Below the pieces are notes generated by a model, which was not told the DNA's origin, did no database searches, and was given only the letters and a program-made list of their open reading frames with translations. Positions 28,568-38,563 of a stretch of DNA of 64,000 bases are shown piece after piece. The stretch comes from Deferrisomatales bacterium. Lineage in GTDB: Bacteria; Desulfobacterota; Deferrisomatia; Deferrisomatales; JACRMM01. The stretch's first letter is position 1. Each line of letters starts with the position of its first letter. Made by a program: the position numbers and the translations under genes. The stretch is from assembly GCA_033551855.1 (NCBI GenBank), contig JAWSUI010000011.1:20972-84971 (forward strand). The letters are read 5' to 3'.

Positions 28568-29371
28568 ATGCCCGAGTTGCCCCGTTGGATCGAAGCATTC
28601 CTCGCCGACCGCGTGCGCCGTGCACGGACCCGGACGAGATACCGAGAGCCGCTGGTGGGCTTCGCGGAGGCCGGGGACCCCGCTTGGCTGCGCCTTCGGG
28701 AGGTGGCGGAGCCGACGCACCTCCTTCCGGCGGATCTCCTGCCGGGTGCGCGCAGCGTGGTCGTCTTCTTCGTGCCGTTTGCCGAGAGCGTCGTCCGGGC
28801 CAACCGCGCCGCCTCCGGGACCGCGGAAGAGTGGGCCGTGGCGTACGAGGAGACGAATCGGCTCATCGACCGGACCGTGGATGCGCTGGTTCGGGCCCTG
28901 TTCGCCTGGAGGGTGCGGGCTGCGGCCCAGCCTGCGACCCACAACTGGGACGAGGAGACCCTGGTCAGCCCCTGGTCCCACAAGTCCGCCGCGGCCATCG
29001 CGGGTCTCGGGGGGTTCGGCCTGCACCGGATGCTCATCACGGACCGGGGGTGCGCCGGCCGTTTCGGCAGCCTGGTGGTCGACGCCGCGATTCCGCCCAC
29101 GTCCCGGCCGCAACCCCAGCGATGCCGCTACTTCCACGACGGAGGGTGCCGGGCCTGTGTGGCCGCCTGTCCGGCCGGGGCCTTGCAAGAGAAGGGGCTC
29201 GGGGGAATGAACCTGGACAAACGCCGGTGCCACGCGCGCCTGTTGGCGGTGGCTGCTCGGCTCGGCGCCGACTGCTGCGGCAAGTGCGCCGTGGGGCCCT
29301 GTGCCCTGGGGCCGGCGGTACCCCCCGCTGGGGGCGAGAGCGCCACGCCGCACGCCCACCGCGCGACGTGA
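28568..29371 (+). CDS. 4Fe-4S cluster protein related to epoxyqueuosine reductase / reductive dehalogenase C-terminal region
   Basis: CRACVAACPAGAL and CCGKCAVGPC Cys clusters, plus HK.AA..AGLG..G....LIT...G. Shorter than a canonical QueG. Confidence 0.5.
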   Translation: MPELPRWIEAFLADRVRRARTRTRYREPLVGFAEAGDPAWLRLREVAEPTHLLPADLLPGARSVVVFFVPFAESVVRANRAASGTAEEWAVAYEETNRLIDRTVDALVRALFAWRVRAAAQPATHNWDEETLVSPWSHKSAAAIAGLGGFGLHRMLITDRGCAGRFGSLVVDAAIPPTSRPQPQRCRYFHDGGCRACVAACPAGALQEKGLGGMNLDKRRCHARLLAVAARLGADCCGKCAVGPCALGPAVPPAGGESATPHAHRAT

Positions 29372-29533
29372 CGGGATTGGGGCACCCCACTCGCCGGCGA
29401 AGCGGCGGCGGGCAGCGCTCCGCGGCGACTTGTGCGGCGACTTGTGCTTTGACTCAGCCGCTAACCGCGCGGTAGGTTAGAGGTGACAGGGTATGGCGGG
29501 TTCGCTGCCCTACCACCCGGGGAGACCCATGAC

Positions 29534-30631
29534 GTGACACGGACCGGTTGCCGCGCGTCGTTCGCGTTCCGAATCGGGGTGCTCGCCCTGCTGATGCTGC
29601 CGCTCTCGGCGGGGCCGGTGCGCGCCGGGCACCTGGCCGTCCTGCCGGGAGAGCCCGTTCCCGACCTGGAGTTCGAGGGGCTCCTCGTTCCCGAGGATTA
29701 TCCGCGTCTCGGGCTCCCTGAGGGGGCAGGAGGCTTCCGGCTCTCCCAGGTGGCCGGCGAAGTGCTCGTCCTCGAGTTCTTCAACAAGGCGTGTGCTCCC
29801 TGTCAGCGACAGGTGCGGTTTCTCGAGGCCTTCCACCGGACCGTGGAAGCGGGGGGGCTCCGGGGCCGGGTGCGGATCCTGGCGGTGGCGGTGGGGAACG
29901 AGGCGAGATACCTCGGGACGTACCGAGAGTCTCGGGGACTGACGTTCGCCATCGCGGCCGATCCGCAGTTCGATCAGTGGCAGCGGCTCGGGGATCCGGG
30001 GAGGACTCCGTTTACCATGGTCCTGAGCCGGCAGGAAGGGGAGTGGGTCTTGTCCAGCTCCCATTTCGGGGTGCAGCTCGAGACCGAGTTTCTCGCCCAC
30101 ACGCGGGCCGCTCTGCAGGGCGGGGTCCGGCCGCGGCACCCCCGGGAGCTGGAGGTGGCGCCCGCGAAGGCGTTTGAGATGCCGCTGGACGCGGCCGGCT
30201 TCCGGGAGGCCGCGCAGCGCCTCCTGGCGCGGGCGGTCGGCCGGCCCGTGACCTTGGACCTGATGACCCTGCAGGACGGCACCCGCCTGTACCGGGCGGC
30301 GGCCGGCGGCCGCCGTCTCGACGCCTATGCCCGACTGGCCAGCCGGGAGCCGGTCTGCGAGGTGTGTCACGCCGTCCACTTCCTCTTCGCGTTCGATTCC
30401 CGGGGCCGCCTGCTGGGCTTCGAGCCGGTGCACGTGACCAAGTACGGGAACGAGGAGTGGGACGAGGACGACAACCGGTTCTTCGAGGGCCGTCTGAAGG
30501 GGCGCACCATGGCGGGGATGCGGTTCGACCCGGACGTGGACGCCGTGACCATGGCGACCATGACCTCGGCCCTCATCTTCGACGAGGTGCGCCGCTCGGC
30601 CGACCTCGTCCGGCTCCTGCCTCGCCCCTAG
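29534..30631 (+). CDS. Exported thioredoxin-like (TlpA/ResA-type CxxC) protein fused to an FMN_bind-like C-terminal domain; also carries a CxxCH
   Basis: GTG 29534 follows GGGGAGA (alternative GTG at 29483). It has a signal peptide, FFNKACAPCQ, PVCEVCH, and C-terminal DAVTMATMTS resembling the DAVSGAT.TS of FMN_bind domains. Confidence 0.55.
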   Translation: MTRTGCRASFAFRIGVLALLMLPLSAGPVRAGHLAVLPGEPVPDLEFEGLLVPEDYPRLGLPEGAGGFRLSQVAGEVLVLEFFNKACAPCQRQVRFLEAFHRTVEAGGLRGRVRILAVAVGNEARYLGTYRESRGLTFAIAADPQFDQWQRLGDPGRTPFTMVLSRQEGEWVLSSSHFGVQLETEFLAHTRAALQGGVRPRHPRELEVAPAKAFEMPLDAAGFREAAQRLLARAVGRPVTLDLMTLQDGTRLYRAAAGGRRLDAYARLASREPVCEVCHAVHFLFAFDSRGRLLGFEPVHVTKYGNEEWDEDDNRFFEGRLKGRTMAGMRFDPDVDAVTMATMTSALIFDEVRRSADLVRLLPRP

Positions 30632-31737
30632 CCTGGGCCGACCAGCGCCGCCGCCGGCCGCAAGGGCGGATCGGCCCTCCGGAGGAACCAACGGTCCAGC
30701 ACGATGCGGCGCAGGAAGGGACGGGAGCCCAGGAGCACCCTCCCGGCGAGCCGGCGCAGTGTGGAGGGCGGGCCTGCCGGCGCGCGGGGGGGGCCCAGGC
30801 GGCGCCGCAAGGCCTGCTCGTAGCTGTGCAGTCTCTCGGCGCGCGGATCCCCTGGGTCGTCGAGGATCGCGCGGGCCGCGAGGACACCGGATTCCACGGC
30901 GGGGCGAATCCCCTCTCCACTCTCCGGGTAGGCCAGGCCCGCCGCGTCCCCCACGAGGAGGGTCCCGTCCCAGACCAGCCGGGAAGGCCCGTGCCCCCAC
31001 AGGCGGTACGCCCAGCCGGACAGCGGCGGCCGCTCTCGCGGAGCAAGGGGCTCCCACACAGATGCCAGGAAAGCGGCCGCCCGCGGCTTGAGCGCTCCCC
31101 CCCCCTCGACACCGAGCCCCACGTTCAGGTGGTCCCCCTTGCGAAAGCACCACCCGTAGCCCTTGAGGTCGGGGGTGAACCACAACTCAGGCGTGTCACC
31201 GGATACGGGACAGGGACGGCCGTCGAGGGGGATCTCCACCTCCAGCGCCGCCACCGCCGTGCCCCCGCGCGCCCCGAGCCGCCGGGCCACCGGGCAGCGG
31301 GGGCCCCCGGCGCCGACCAGCCAGCGGGCCGCGACCTCCCCGTTGGCGAGCCAGCGGCCCCCTCGCCTCTCCAGGGCCGCCAACGGCTCGCCGAGGCGGA
31401 GGCGGGCGCCGGACCGCCGCAGCAGGAAGTCATCGAGCTCTGCCCGGAGGATGCCGTAACTCACGGGGCCCCCGTACCGCACCTCCGTGCGCCGCCCCCC
31501 CCAGAGGCCCAGTCGAAAGCCGGTGATGGGCTGCAGGACCCGGCCCTGCCCGTAGTTCTCCGGGGTCAGGCCGAGGGTCTCGAAGAGTTGGGGGGTGACC
31601 CAGCCGGCGCAGGTCTTGGGCCGGGGGAAGAGTGCACGGTCCAGGACCAGCACGTCGAGTCCTGCGGCGCAGAGGGTTGCTGCGCAGGAGGAGCCTGCCG
31701 GGCCGCCGCCGACCACCAGGACGTCGCACGTGTCCAT
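30628..31737 (-). CDS. FAD-dependent oxidoreductase (geranylgeranyl-reductase / halogenase-like family)
   Basis: N-terminal DVLVVGGGPAGSS.A dinucleotide-binding motif and ...LVGDAAG... near the C-terminal third. Confidence 0.8.
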   Translation of the reverse strand: MDTCDVLVVGGGPAGSSCAATLCAAGLDVLVLDRALFPRPKTCAGWVTPQLFETLGLTPENYGQGRVLQPITGFRLGLWGGRRTEVRYGGPVSYGILRAELDDFLLRRSGARLRLGEPLAALERRGGRWLANGEVAARWLVGAGGPRCPVARRLGARGGTAVAALEVEIPLDGRPCPVSGDTPELWFTPDLKGYGWCFRKGDHLNVGLGVEGGGALKPRAAAFLASVWEPLAPRERPPLSGWAYRLWGHGPSRLVWDGTLLVGDAAGLAYPESGEGIRPAVESGVLAARAILDDPGDPRAERLHSYEQALRRRLGPPRAPAGPPSTLRRLAGRVLLGSRPFLRRIVLDRWFLRRADPPLRPAAALVGPG

Positions 31738-31759
31738 CCGGGATTCGTCCTTCGGTCGC

Positions 31760-33034
31760 TCACCGGTAGAGGTGGTCGCGGGTCCAGGGGATCCCGTTGT
31801 CCTGCGGGCGGGCGAAGGTCACCTGGAACAACTGGAGGCTTCCCGTGCGGAAGGCGGCGACGGAGCCGGCCAGGTACAGCCTCCAGGCCCTGACGAACGC
31901 CTCGTCGAACATCTGCCGGACCTTGGTGGCGGATCTCTCGAAACGCGCCAGCCAGTGCTCCAGGGTGCGGGCATAGTGGAGGCGAAGGTTTTCCACGTCG
32001 AGCACCGAAAAACCGTGTGGCTCGATGACGCTCAGCACCTCTCGGAGGGTGGGCGGGTAGGCGCCCGGGAAGATCCGTCGCTCGAGCCAGCGGTGGAGCC
32101 GCCCCGGGCGGTTCCTTCCGATGGAGTGGAGGAGCCCCCGCCCTGTCGGCGTGAGGCAGCGGTGGATCACCCTGCCCAGGTCCCGGTAATGCTCCCTGCC
32201 GACGTGCTCGAGCATCCCCACCGACACGAAGGCGTCGTAACGGCCTGTCAGGTTGCGGTAGTCGTCCTCCACGAACTCGACCCGCCCTGCGAGGCCCTCG
32301 CGCCGTGCCCGTTCCCGGGCCCACGCGACCTGCTCCCGACTCACGTTGAAGGCGCGCACGGACACGCCGTGCTCCCGCGCCATGTGCAGGGCCAGAGCCC
32401 CCCAGCCGCACCCGGCCTCGGCCACCGACTCCCCGGGACGGAGTCGCAGCTTGCGGCAGACGTGGTTCATCTTGGCCACCTGGGCCTCCTCCAGGTCCGC
32501 GTCGGGCGACGGGAAGTACGCGCAGGTGTAAACCATCCGGTCATCGAGCCAGAGGCGGTAGAACTCGTTGCCCAGGTCGTAGTGGTGGTGGATGTTCTCC
32601 TTCGACCCGCCCCGGCTGTTTCTCCTCGCCGGGAGGAGCCAGCCGCGCACCCGACTCGCGGCCATCGAGATCGGTCCGGCCTTCTCCAGGGCTCGGAAGG
32701 CCTCCTCGACGAAACGCACCAGGTCTCCCTGGACCTCGATCCGGCCGGCGGTGTAGTCGTCGCCGAAGCACAGCTCCGGGTCGAGGAGGAGGCGGGCCAG
32801 GGCGCGCCGATCCCGAACGTGGAGTCGCGCCACCGGGTCCTTTCGGGAGGCCGCCACCTCTCGGCCACCCGGCAGCACGAAGCGCACGGGCGGGCGCCCT
32901 GCGCCCCTGAGAACGGAGCGGGCCAACCACTCGAACAGGGGGTCGGCGACGGGGGCCGCCCTCGGCCCGCAAGCCGCCGCGTCGGCCCTCTCGGATGCGG
33001 TGACGGGGAAGTCATCGGACGGGGTCGTCCCCAT
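31760..33034 (-). CDS. cfa: Cyclopropane-fatty-acyl-phospholipid synthase family methyltransferase
   Basis: HYDLGNEFY.LWLD..M.Y.CAYF......LE.AQ..K and the SAM motif VAEAGCGWG...SVGM.EHVG. Confidence 0.9.
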   Translation of the reverse strand: MGTTPSDDFPVTASERADAAACGPRAAPVADPLFEWLARSVLRGAGRPPVRFVLPGGREVAASRKDPVARLHVRDRRALARLLLDPELCFGDDYTAGRIEVQGDLVRFVEEAFRALEKAGPISMAASRVRGWLLPARRNSRGGSKENIHHHYDLGNEFYRLWLDDRMVYTCAYFPSPDADLEEAQVAKMNHVCRKLRLRPGESVAEAGCGWGALALHMAREHGVSVRAFNVSREQVAWARERARREGLAGRVEFVEDDYRNLTGRYDAFVSVGMLEHVGREHYRDLGRVIHRCLTPTGRGLLHSIGRNRPGRLHRWLERRIFPGAYPPTLREVLSVIEPHGFSVLDVENLRLHYARTLEHWLARFERSATKVRQMFDEAFVRAWRLYLAGSVAAFRTGSLQLFQVTFARPQDNGIPWTRDHLYR

Positions 33035-33447
33035 GGCTCGCCTCCTGGTCTCGGGGCCCGAGTGTTCTTCCCCTAGTGTCTACCGCAGGATGGCGCGCTT
33101 GTCTACCAGGTCCTCACCGGGTCCTCAGCGAAACCGGGTCCCTGGCGCCCCGGGGGGAGGCGCTCCGGCGCGGGCCGGGGTGCCCGGCTGGGCTGGTCTG
33201 CGCACGCCGAGGAGCACCGGGCGCCGTGCAGGCCGGTACGTGAGGTGGGGCACCGCGGCTAGGAGGTGGAAGAGGACGGGCAGCGTGGCCCGGCAGAGGC
33301 GGGCATCGTCTTCTGGAACCTGTGGCCGGCGTGGAAGAAGCTCCTGCCCGCCGGCGGGGTGGAGCGGGCGGTCCGCACGACCCAGGCCGAACCGTTTCCC
33401 GCGGGCTTCCCGGCGAAGGGCCGGCTGGGGCAGCGATCCGCTCCCTC

Positions 33448-34104
33448 CTATCTGTTCTTGTAGACCCTCACGGCAGACGTCCCTCGATTCGCGGCGACGT
33501 CATGGGCATGGGCGGTGATGGTGTGCGTGCCGAGGGCGACCCCTTTGTTCGTGTTCCAACTGATCGACCCGGAGCACGTGCTCGCCCCACGGCAGTTCAG
33601 GGAGCCGAGTTGCTTGTCCCCCGCGAACGCCTCGATACGCTCGATCGGTTCGGTGCCGGCCGCGTTGACCCTGATCCTCACTACTTTGCTGATGGTGCTG
33701 CCGTCGGCGGGAGAGGAGATCGTCACGCTGGGCGGTGTGGTGTCGGTGCTGTAAGGGGTCGGCGCCGGGGGGGTCGCCAAGACCTCCGACGAGTAGTGGC
33801 TCTGCAGGCCGGCACCATTGTAGGCGACCACTGCCAGGTAGTAGGTCCCACCGTCGTCGGGCAGGGCCAGGGAGTGCTGGGTCACGTTCCCCACGTTCAC
33901 CTGGGAAGAGTAGGCGGTGAAGCCCGACGCGGTGCGGGAGGTCTTGCCGTAGTGAAGGACGTAGCCGGTCACGTTCTCGGAAGGGGGATTGGGATCCCAG
34001 GCCACCGTGACGTTCCATGCCCAGGCCGGAGGAACGACGAGCACAGCGGATACCAGAAGGACGACTCTGAAGAGCGCGAGAAGCGAGCGAGGCCTGGTCT
34101 GCAT
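33448..34104 (-). CDS. Secreted protein with a fibronectin-III-like domain and an Ig-like domain
   Basis: ATG 34104. Signal peptide, then VAWDPNP...V.GY.L.YG........ (FN3-like). Thr/Pro linker, then ...I.V.A.D..G...V... (Ig-like). Confidence 0.55.
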   Translation of the reverse strand: MQTRPRSLLALFRVVLLVSAVLVVPPAWAWNVTVAWDPNPPSENVTGYVLHYGKTSRTASGFTAYSSQVNVGNVTQHSLALPDDGGTYYLAVVAYNGAGLQSHYSSEVLATPPAPTPYSTDTTPPSVTISSPADGSTISKVVRIRVNAAGTEPIERIEAFAGDKQLGSLNCRGASTCSGSISWNTNKGVALGTHTITAHAHDVAANRGTSAVRVYKNR

Positions 34105-34329
34105 GGCGTCGGGTCTCCTTTCCAGATGGCAGGGGCGCCGGCTGTCAGGGGCCACGGTCGCAAACGCCGTGCCAGTGCGCCCACGCAGCGCAGCAAGCGA
34201 TTTCTCCGCGGGCCGGGCGCTTGCGGGAGGTTCTGCGCGTCGGAAACGTAACCGGTATTTCCGCCACGTGATCGGGCGTTGGGGGCGGTTCGGGCTGGGA
34301 GGCGGGGCGGCCGGGGTGGTCTGCCCGGG

Positions 34330-35613
34330 TCAGCGCCCTGTGCCGAGGAGGACGAGGCTCAGGCCGGGCCAGTAGGTGATGATGAGCACCGCGGCCAGGA
34401 GGAGGAAGAAGAAGGGGAGCGTGGCCCGATAGAGGAGCAGGATCGGCTTCTCGAAGCGGTAGCTGGCGATGAAGAGGTTCATCCCCACCGGGGGGGTGAA
34501 ATAACCGATCTGCATGTTGGCGAGAAAGACGATGCCCAGATGGACCGGATGGATGTCGTAGCCCAACGCGACGGGAAGGATGATGGGGACCACGAGCACC
34601 AGCGCCGAGAAGATGTCGAGCATGGTGCCCAGCACCAGAAGGAAGACGTTCAGGAGCACCAGGAAGGCGAGACGGCTGTCCACGTGCGCTCGAACGGCCT
34701 CGAAGAGCCGCGTAGGGATCTCGGCGTCGATGACGTAGTTCGTGCTGGCCAGAGACGCCCCCAGGATGATGAGCACCCCGCCGACGAGCACCATCGACTC
34801 TCGCATCACCCCCGGCAGCCGGGTCCACGGGATCTCCCGGTGGACGAGCACCTCGACGACGAAGACGTAAAGGGCGGTGACGGCCGCGGCCTCGGAGACT
34901 GCGAAGGTCCCGCTGTAGATCCCGCCCAGCACGAGGAAGGGCAGGGGGATCTCCCAGGCCGATTCCCGCACGCACGTGGCGATCTGCCGCCAGGAAAAGA
35001 CCTTGGGGGGCCGACCGAGGGTGCGCCCGTTCCAGGCGCTCCAGCCGGCCAGGAGGGCCAGCATCAGGAGGCCGGGAAGCACCCCGGCTAGGAAGAGGTC
35101 GTCGATGCGCACCGGGGTCCCGACCCCGAGTTGCTGGACGACCACGCCGTACAGGATCAGGGGTAGGGAGGGGGCGAAGAGAAGGCCCAGGCTTCCCGAC
35201 GTGGTGACCAGGCCCAGGCTGAACCGTTCCCCGTAGCCTGCCTCCCGAAGAGCGGGGTAGAGCAGCGACCCGAGGGCAACGATGGTGACCCCCGAGGCTC
35301 CGGTGAAGGCGGTGAACAGGGCGCACGCCACCAGGGCCACCATGGCAAGGCCCCCGGGGAGCCACCCCAGGAGGGCGCCGGTGAGTCGCACGAGGCGTTG
35401 GGGTGCCTGACTCTCGCCGAGGAGATAGCCGGCGAAGGTGAACAGGGGGATCGCGAGGAGGACCGGCATCTCGGCCAGGCGGTAGATCTCGATGGCGACC
35501 ACGGAAAGGTCGATCCCTGCCCGGTGGAAGCCCAGGATCGCTCCTGCGGCGATCACCGCGAAGAGGGGCGCACCCAGGAGAGCCGCCACCAGAATGATGG
35601 CGACGGTGATCAT
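34330..35613 (-). CDS. dctM: TRAP transporter large permease (DctM family)
   Basis: 428 aa, about 12 TM segments, ...LF.AFTGASG.T..A.G....P.... ATGA overlap with dctQ. Confidence 0.9.
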   Translation of the reverse strand: MITVAIILVAALLGAPLFAVIAAGAILGFHRAGIDLSVVAIEIYRLAEMPVLLAIPLFTFAGYLLGESQAPQRLVRLTGALLGWLPGGLAMVALVACALFTAFTGASGVTIVALGSLLYPALREAGYGERFSLGLVTTSGSLGLLFAPSLPLILYGVVVQQLGVGTPVRIDDLFLAGVLPGLLMLALLAGWSAWNGRTLGRPPKVFSWRQIATCVRESAWEIPLPFLVLGGIYSGTFAVSEAAAVTALYVFVVEVLVHREIPWTRLPGVMRESMVLVGGVLIILGASLASTNYVIDAEIPTRLFEAVRAHVDSRLAFLVLLNVFLLVLGTMLDIFSALVLVVPIILPVALGYDIHPVHLGIVFLANMQIGYFTPPVGMNLFIASYRFEKPILLLYRATLPFFFLLLAAVLIITYWPGLSLVLLGTGR

Positions 35614-36122
35614 CCGGGTTTCCCCCGCATTGCGGCCCCGAGGTGGAGGGCAAAGAGGGCGAGATAACGGAGGGAGATGATCCCGAAGGCGAAGGGAAGG
35701 ATGCTTTCGACCACCCAGACGGGGATCCTCGCGAACGCCGTGGCCCCGGTCCCATAGTCCGAGACCACGAACCTTGCGGCATGGTACGCGATGACCGCCG
35801 ATACCGCCGCGGTGAACAGGCTGGTTGCCGACCGGGCCCCGGCCCGCAGGGGGCCGGGCAGCAGGCGGGAGAGGACGTCGATGGAGATGTGGCGGTCCTC
35901 GCGGCTGGCCACCAGGGCGCCGAAGAGCCCCACCCACAGCACCAAGGCCCTCAGGAGGGGGTCCACCCAGATCCACCCGATGTCGAAGGCATTGCGCAGC
36001 AGGATCTGCCCTGCGGCCAGCAGCACCATGGACCCCACGAGCAGGACCAGCAGGGCGTCCTCCACCCGCCGGAGCACGCGCACCGAGCGGAAGGCGGCCG
36101 ACTCGAGATGTTCAGCCGCCAC
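35610..36122 (-). CDS. dctQ: TRAP transporter small permease (DctQ family)
   Basis: 170 aa, 4 TM segments, sits between the dctP and dctM homologues. Confidence 0.8.
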   Translation of the reverse strand: MAAEHLESAAFRSVRVLRRVEDALLVLLVGSMVLLAAGQILLRNAFDIGWIWVDPLLRALVLWVGLFGALVASREDRHISIDVLSRLLPGPLRAGARSATSLFTAAVSAVIAYHAARFVVSDYGTGATAFARIPVWVVESILPFAFGIISLRYLALFALHLGAAMRGKPG

Positions 36123-37152
36123 CGCCGCCTCCCTGGTGCTGCCGGAACTGCCTGAGGTGCTCCTGGACCATCTCCAGCGTCTCCGGAGAGAAAGCCTGTC
36201 GGCCCCCCAGGCGTCTCATGGCTTCGTCGGCGATGCCCCTCCAGCGTTCGAGCTCGGCAGGCGACTCGGGCTTCACGGCTTCGATCCCCTGCTGCAGCAG
36301 GGCCTCCCGGGCACGGCGGTTCCCCTCCCGGTTGAGCACGTCCAGGCGTGCCAGCGCCGCGCCCATGTGCTCGTGGACCGCCTCCTGGTCCCCCGGGCGC
36401 AGCCTCTCGAAGGCTCGCCGGTCGAGCGCCACCACCCCCACCAGGTAACTGAGCGGCACGTCGGTGAAGTGCTTCACCCGAGTGTGCCACTGGAAGGCGA
36501 TGGCCCCTGAGGTGGAGGTGGCCACCGTGTCCACCAGCCGGGTCTGGAGAGCCGTGTACACATCGGCCAGGGGCAGGGGGACCGGGGTGATGCCGGCGAC
36601 TTCCAGGGCGGTCCGGCTGACCAGGTCCCCCTCCGGGATCCAGACCTTCTTGCCTTTGAGGTCGTCCACGCGGCGCACCGGGGAGCCCGAGAAGAGGTAG
36701 GCGAACCCCCCCTCGCTGATGCCCAGGGCCACCATGCCCCCCCGGGCGAGCCCTTCCTCGAGGAGCGGGTCCACCCTCTCGCGCACGTAATCGACCTCGT
36801 CGTAGGAGCGGAAGAGGAAGGGCAATCCGTAGATGTCTGTGTCGGGGTAGATCTCGGTGAGGCTCCCGGCCGTGAAGGCGCCCCCCTGCAACTGCCCGGC
36901 CCGGATCTTGCGAAGGACCGTCCGGTCGTTGCCCATCACTCCGCCGGGGTAGAAACGGATCTCGACCCGTCCCTCGGTCGCGGCGGCCACCTCCTCCGCC
37001 CCCCTCCGCAGCTCCTGCATCCACGACGTGCCTTCCGGGGCGAGCGTCGCGATCTTGAGACTGGTCCGGGCCGCGGCGGCCGGTTCGACGACGAAAGGTG
37101 CGACGAGACCCAGGGCTACAGCGAGGATCAGGGTGTTGCGGGGCGGACGCAT
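36112..37152 (-). CDS. dctP: TRAP transporter substrate-binding protein (DctP family)
   Basis: ATG 37152. Signal peptide, then LK.AT.APEG..W........V...T.GRV....YPGG..G.D...L.K.R.GQLQG. Odd C-terminal GGGGGG tail. Confidence 0.85.
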   Translation of the reverse strand: MRPPRNTLILAVALGLVAPFVVEPAAAARTSLKIATLAPEGTSWMQELRRGAEEVAAATEGRVEIRFYPGGVMGNDRTVLRKIRAGQLQGGAFTAGSLTEIYPDTDIYGLPFLFRSYDEVDYVRERVDPLLEEGLARGGMVALGISEGGFAYLFSGSPVRRVDDLKGKKVWIPEGDLVSRTALEVAGITPVPLPLADVYTALQTRLVDTVATSTSGAIAFQWHTRVKHFTDVPLSYLVGVVALDRRAFERLRPGDQEAVHEHMGAALARLDVLNREGNRRAREALLQQGIEAVKPESPAELERWRGIADEAMRRLGGRQAFSPETLEMVQEHLRQFRQHQGGGGGG

Positions 37153-37177
37153 GGACGGCTCCTTGGGGGAAGGAGAC

Positions 37178-38032
37178 TCAGAAATAGGCATCGGCGCCTT
37201 CCAGGAGGGCACGTGCCTGCTGTTGGGCGAGGACGTTCGAGAGGGTGAGCCCGGGAGCCGCCGGGTCGGCGGCGAGCACCTCTTCGAGGAGCCCGTCGTG
37301 GAGCTCCCGGTCGAAGACCAGCCGGGCGTAGTGACGGGCGAAGAGGACCCGGGCCATGAGGTTGTGGCCTCCCGAGAGCTCGACGGCCCGGCGGAAGTGC
37401 TCGCGGCCCTTCTCGGGCCGTCCCCCGAGGGCCTCGGGCCGCAGGGTGGCCAGGACCCCGAGGTATAGGTGGGCCCCCCCCGCTTCGTGCCCCTCGTCGA
37501 GCTCGACCACCCGGGCCATCGCGGCCTCGATCTTCGGGAGCTCGGCTACCGCCGACCAGTCCTCGGGGTTGGCCTGGACCCACCCCGCCCAAGCTGCGGC
37601 GAAGCCGTACAGGGCAGGCACGTCGTCCGCTTCGAGCTCCCGCAGCCGGGGGGCGAAAGCTTCGAAGGGGCCTTCGGCTGCGGCACACAGCTCGGGCCGC
37701 CGCAGGCACAGGGCCCGGTGGCCGTAGTCCCGGGCCCGGGCAGCCAGGCGCCGCACCCGCTCCGGGTCGTCCACGAAGGCGGCGGAGTAGGCGCCATAGA
37801 GGCGGGCGCCGGCGAGGAGCAGGTTCTCGCTCCGGGGGTCGCCCTCGATGAGGCCATCCACCATGAGAAGGTAGGCCGGCGCGCCGTCCCGTACGGTCTC
37901 CAGGTCGTCCTGGTTGAGGATCGCGGCCGAGAGGTTCCCGGCCAGGCGGCCCGTGGCCGACGAGACGAGGCCCGCGCAGGCGCCCAGCAGGGGAAGGCCC
38001 AGGGCGATGGCGAGCAGGTGCAGGCGCGGCAT
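37178..38032 (-). CDS. tatT: TatT-family TPR lipoprotein (TPR-protein-associated TRAP transporter component)
   Basis: Lipobox LLGAC. Helical-repeat sequence ending ...ALLE.AD.YF as in TRAP TatT-component proteins. Lies immediately upstream of dctPQM. Confidence 0.7.
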   Translation of the reverse strand: MPRLHLLAIALGLPLLGACAGLVSSATGRLAGNLSAAILNQDDLETVRDGAPAYLLMVDGLIEGDPRSENLLLAGARLYGAYSAAFVDDPERVRRLAARARDYGHRALCLRRPELCAAAEGPFEAFAPRLRELEADDVPALYGFAAAWAGWVQANPEDWSAVAELPKIEAAMARVVELDEGHEAGGAHLYLGVLATLRPEALGGRPEKGREHFRRAVELSGGHNLMARVLFARHYARLVFDRELHDGLLEEVLAADPAAPGLTLSNVLAQQQARALLEGADAYF

Positions 38033-38563
38033 GGGGCTGTGTCCTCGATCTCGATTCCGGCCAGATGCAGGGCGCGCCGGCGGCGCGTCGGGGCTGCCGC
38101 AGGCTCTCTTCCCGTGTCAGGCCTCCCGCGGAGGAGCGGAAAGACCATTCCTCTCTCAGATCGCACGCCCATCATGCCAGACTGGCGCGACCGTGAAAAG
38201 GAAGGTCCCCATCCTGGCTCCGCCGCCCGGCACGTGCTCGGGCTCGGGGACCCCCTCCGCTCCGCCCCACAATCTGCGATATCCGGACGAGGCGTTGGGG
38301 AGGAAGCGGGTACGCCCAGCCTCACTCGTTTCTGCGGGCTTCGGCCCATCGGTCAAGCCGGTGCGGGGCCGCTCTCCGGATCTCCCAGATCCCGGCCCGC
38401 GAAGCGGTGTCGGACTCTGGCCATCCTCGGTCAGCCCACTGACCTGCCCGTCCCGCTCCCCGCCGGGACGGCGGCGCAGGAGGCGTCGTCGTTCTTGATC
38501 CGGCCCCTGCTGGTTTGTTACAAGGAGACTTCTCCCCTGTTTCTTTTCACCTTCGGAGGTCCC

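Noticed and set aside
33035-33447. 410-bp gap between cfa and the FN3-like gene, with plus-strand ORFs 33000-33518 and 33266-33463.
   Set aside because: There are no motifs, poor codon bias and no repeats beyond a trivial GTCTACC duplicate. Treated as intergenic.
38033-38563. Checked the tatT-iorA spacer for known structured RNAs (RNase P, SRP, tmRNA, 6S signatures).
   Set aside because: None of the conserved core sequences I can recall (for example GAGGAAAGUCC, or a tmRNA tag-reading frame with a tRNA-like end) are present.
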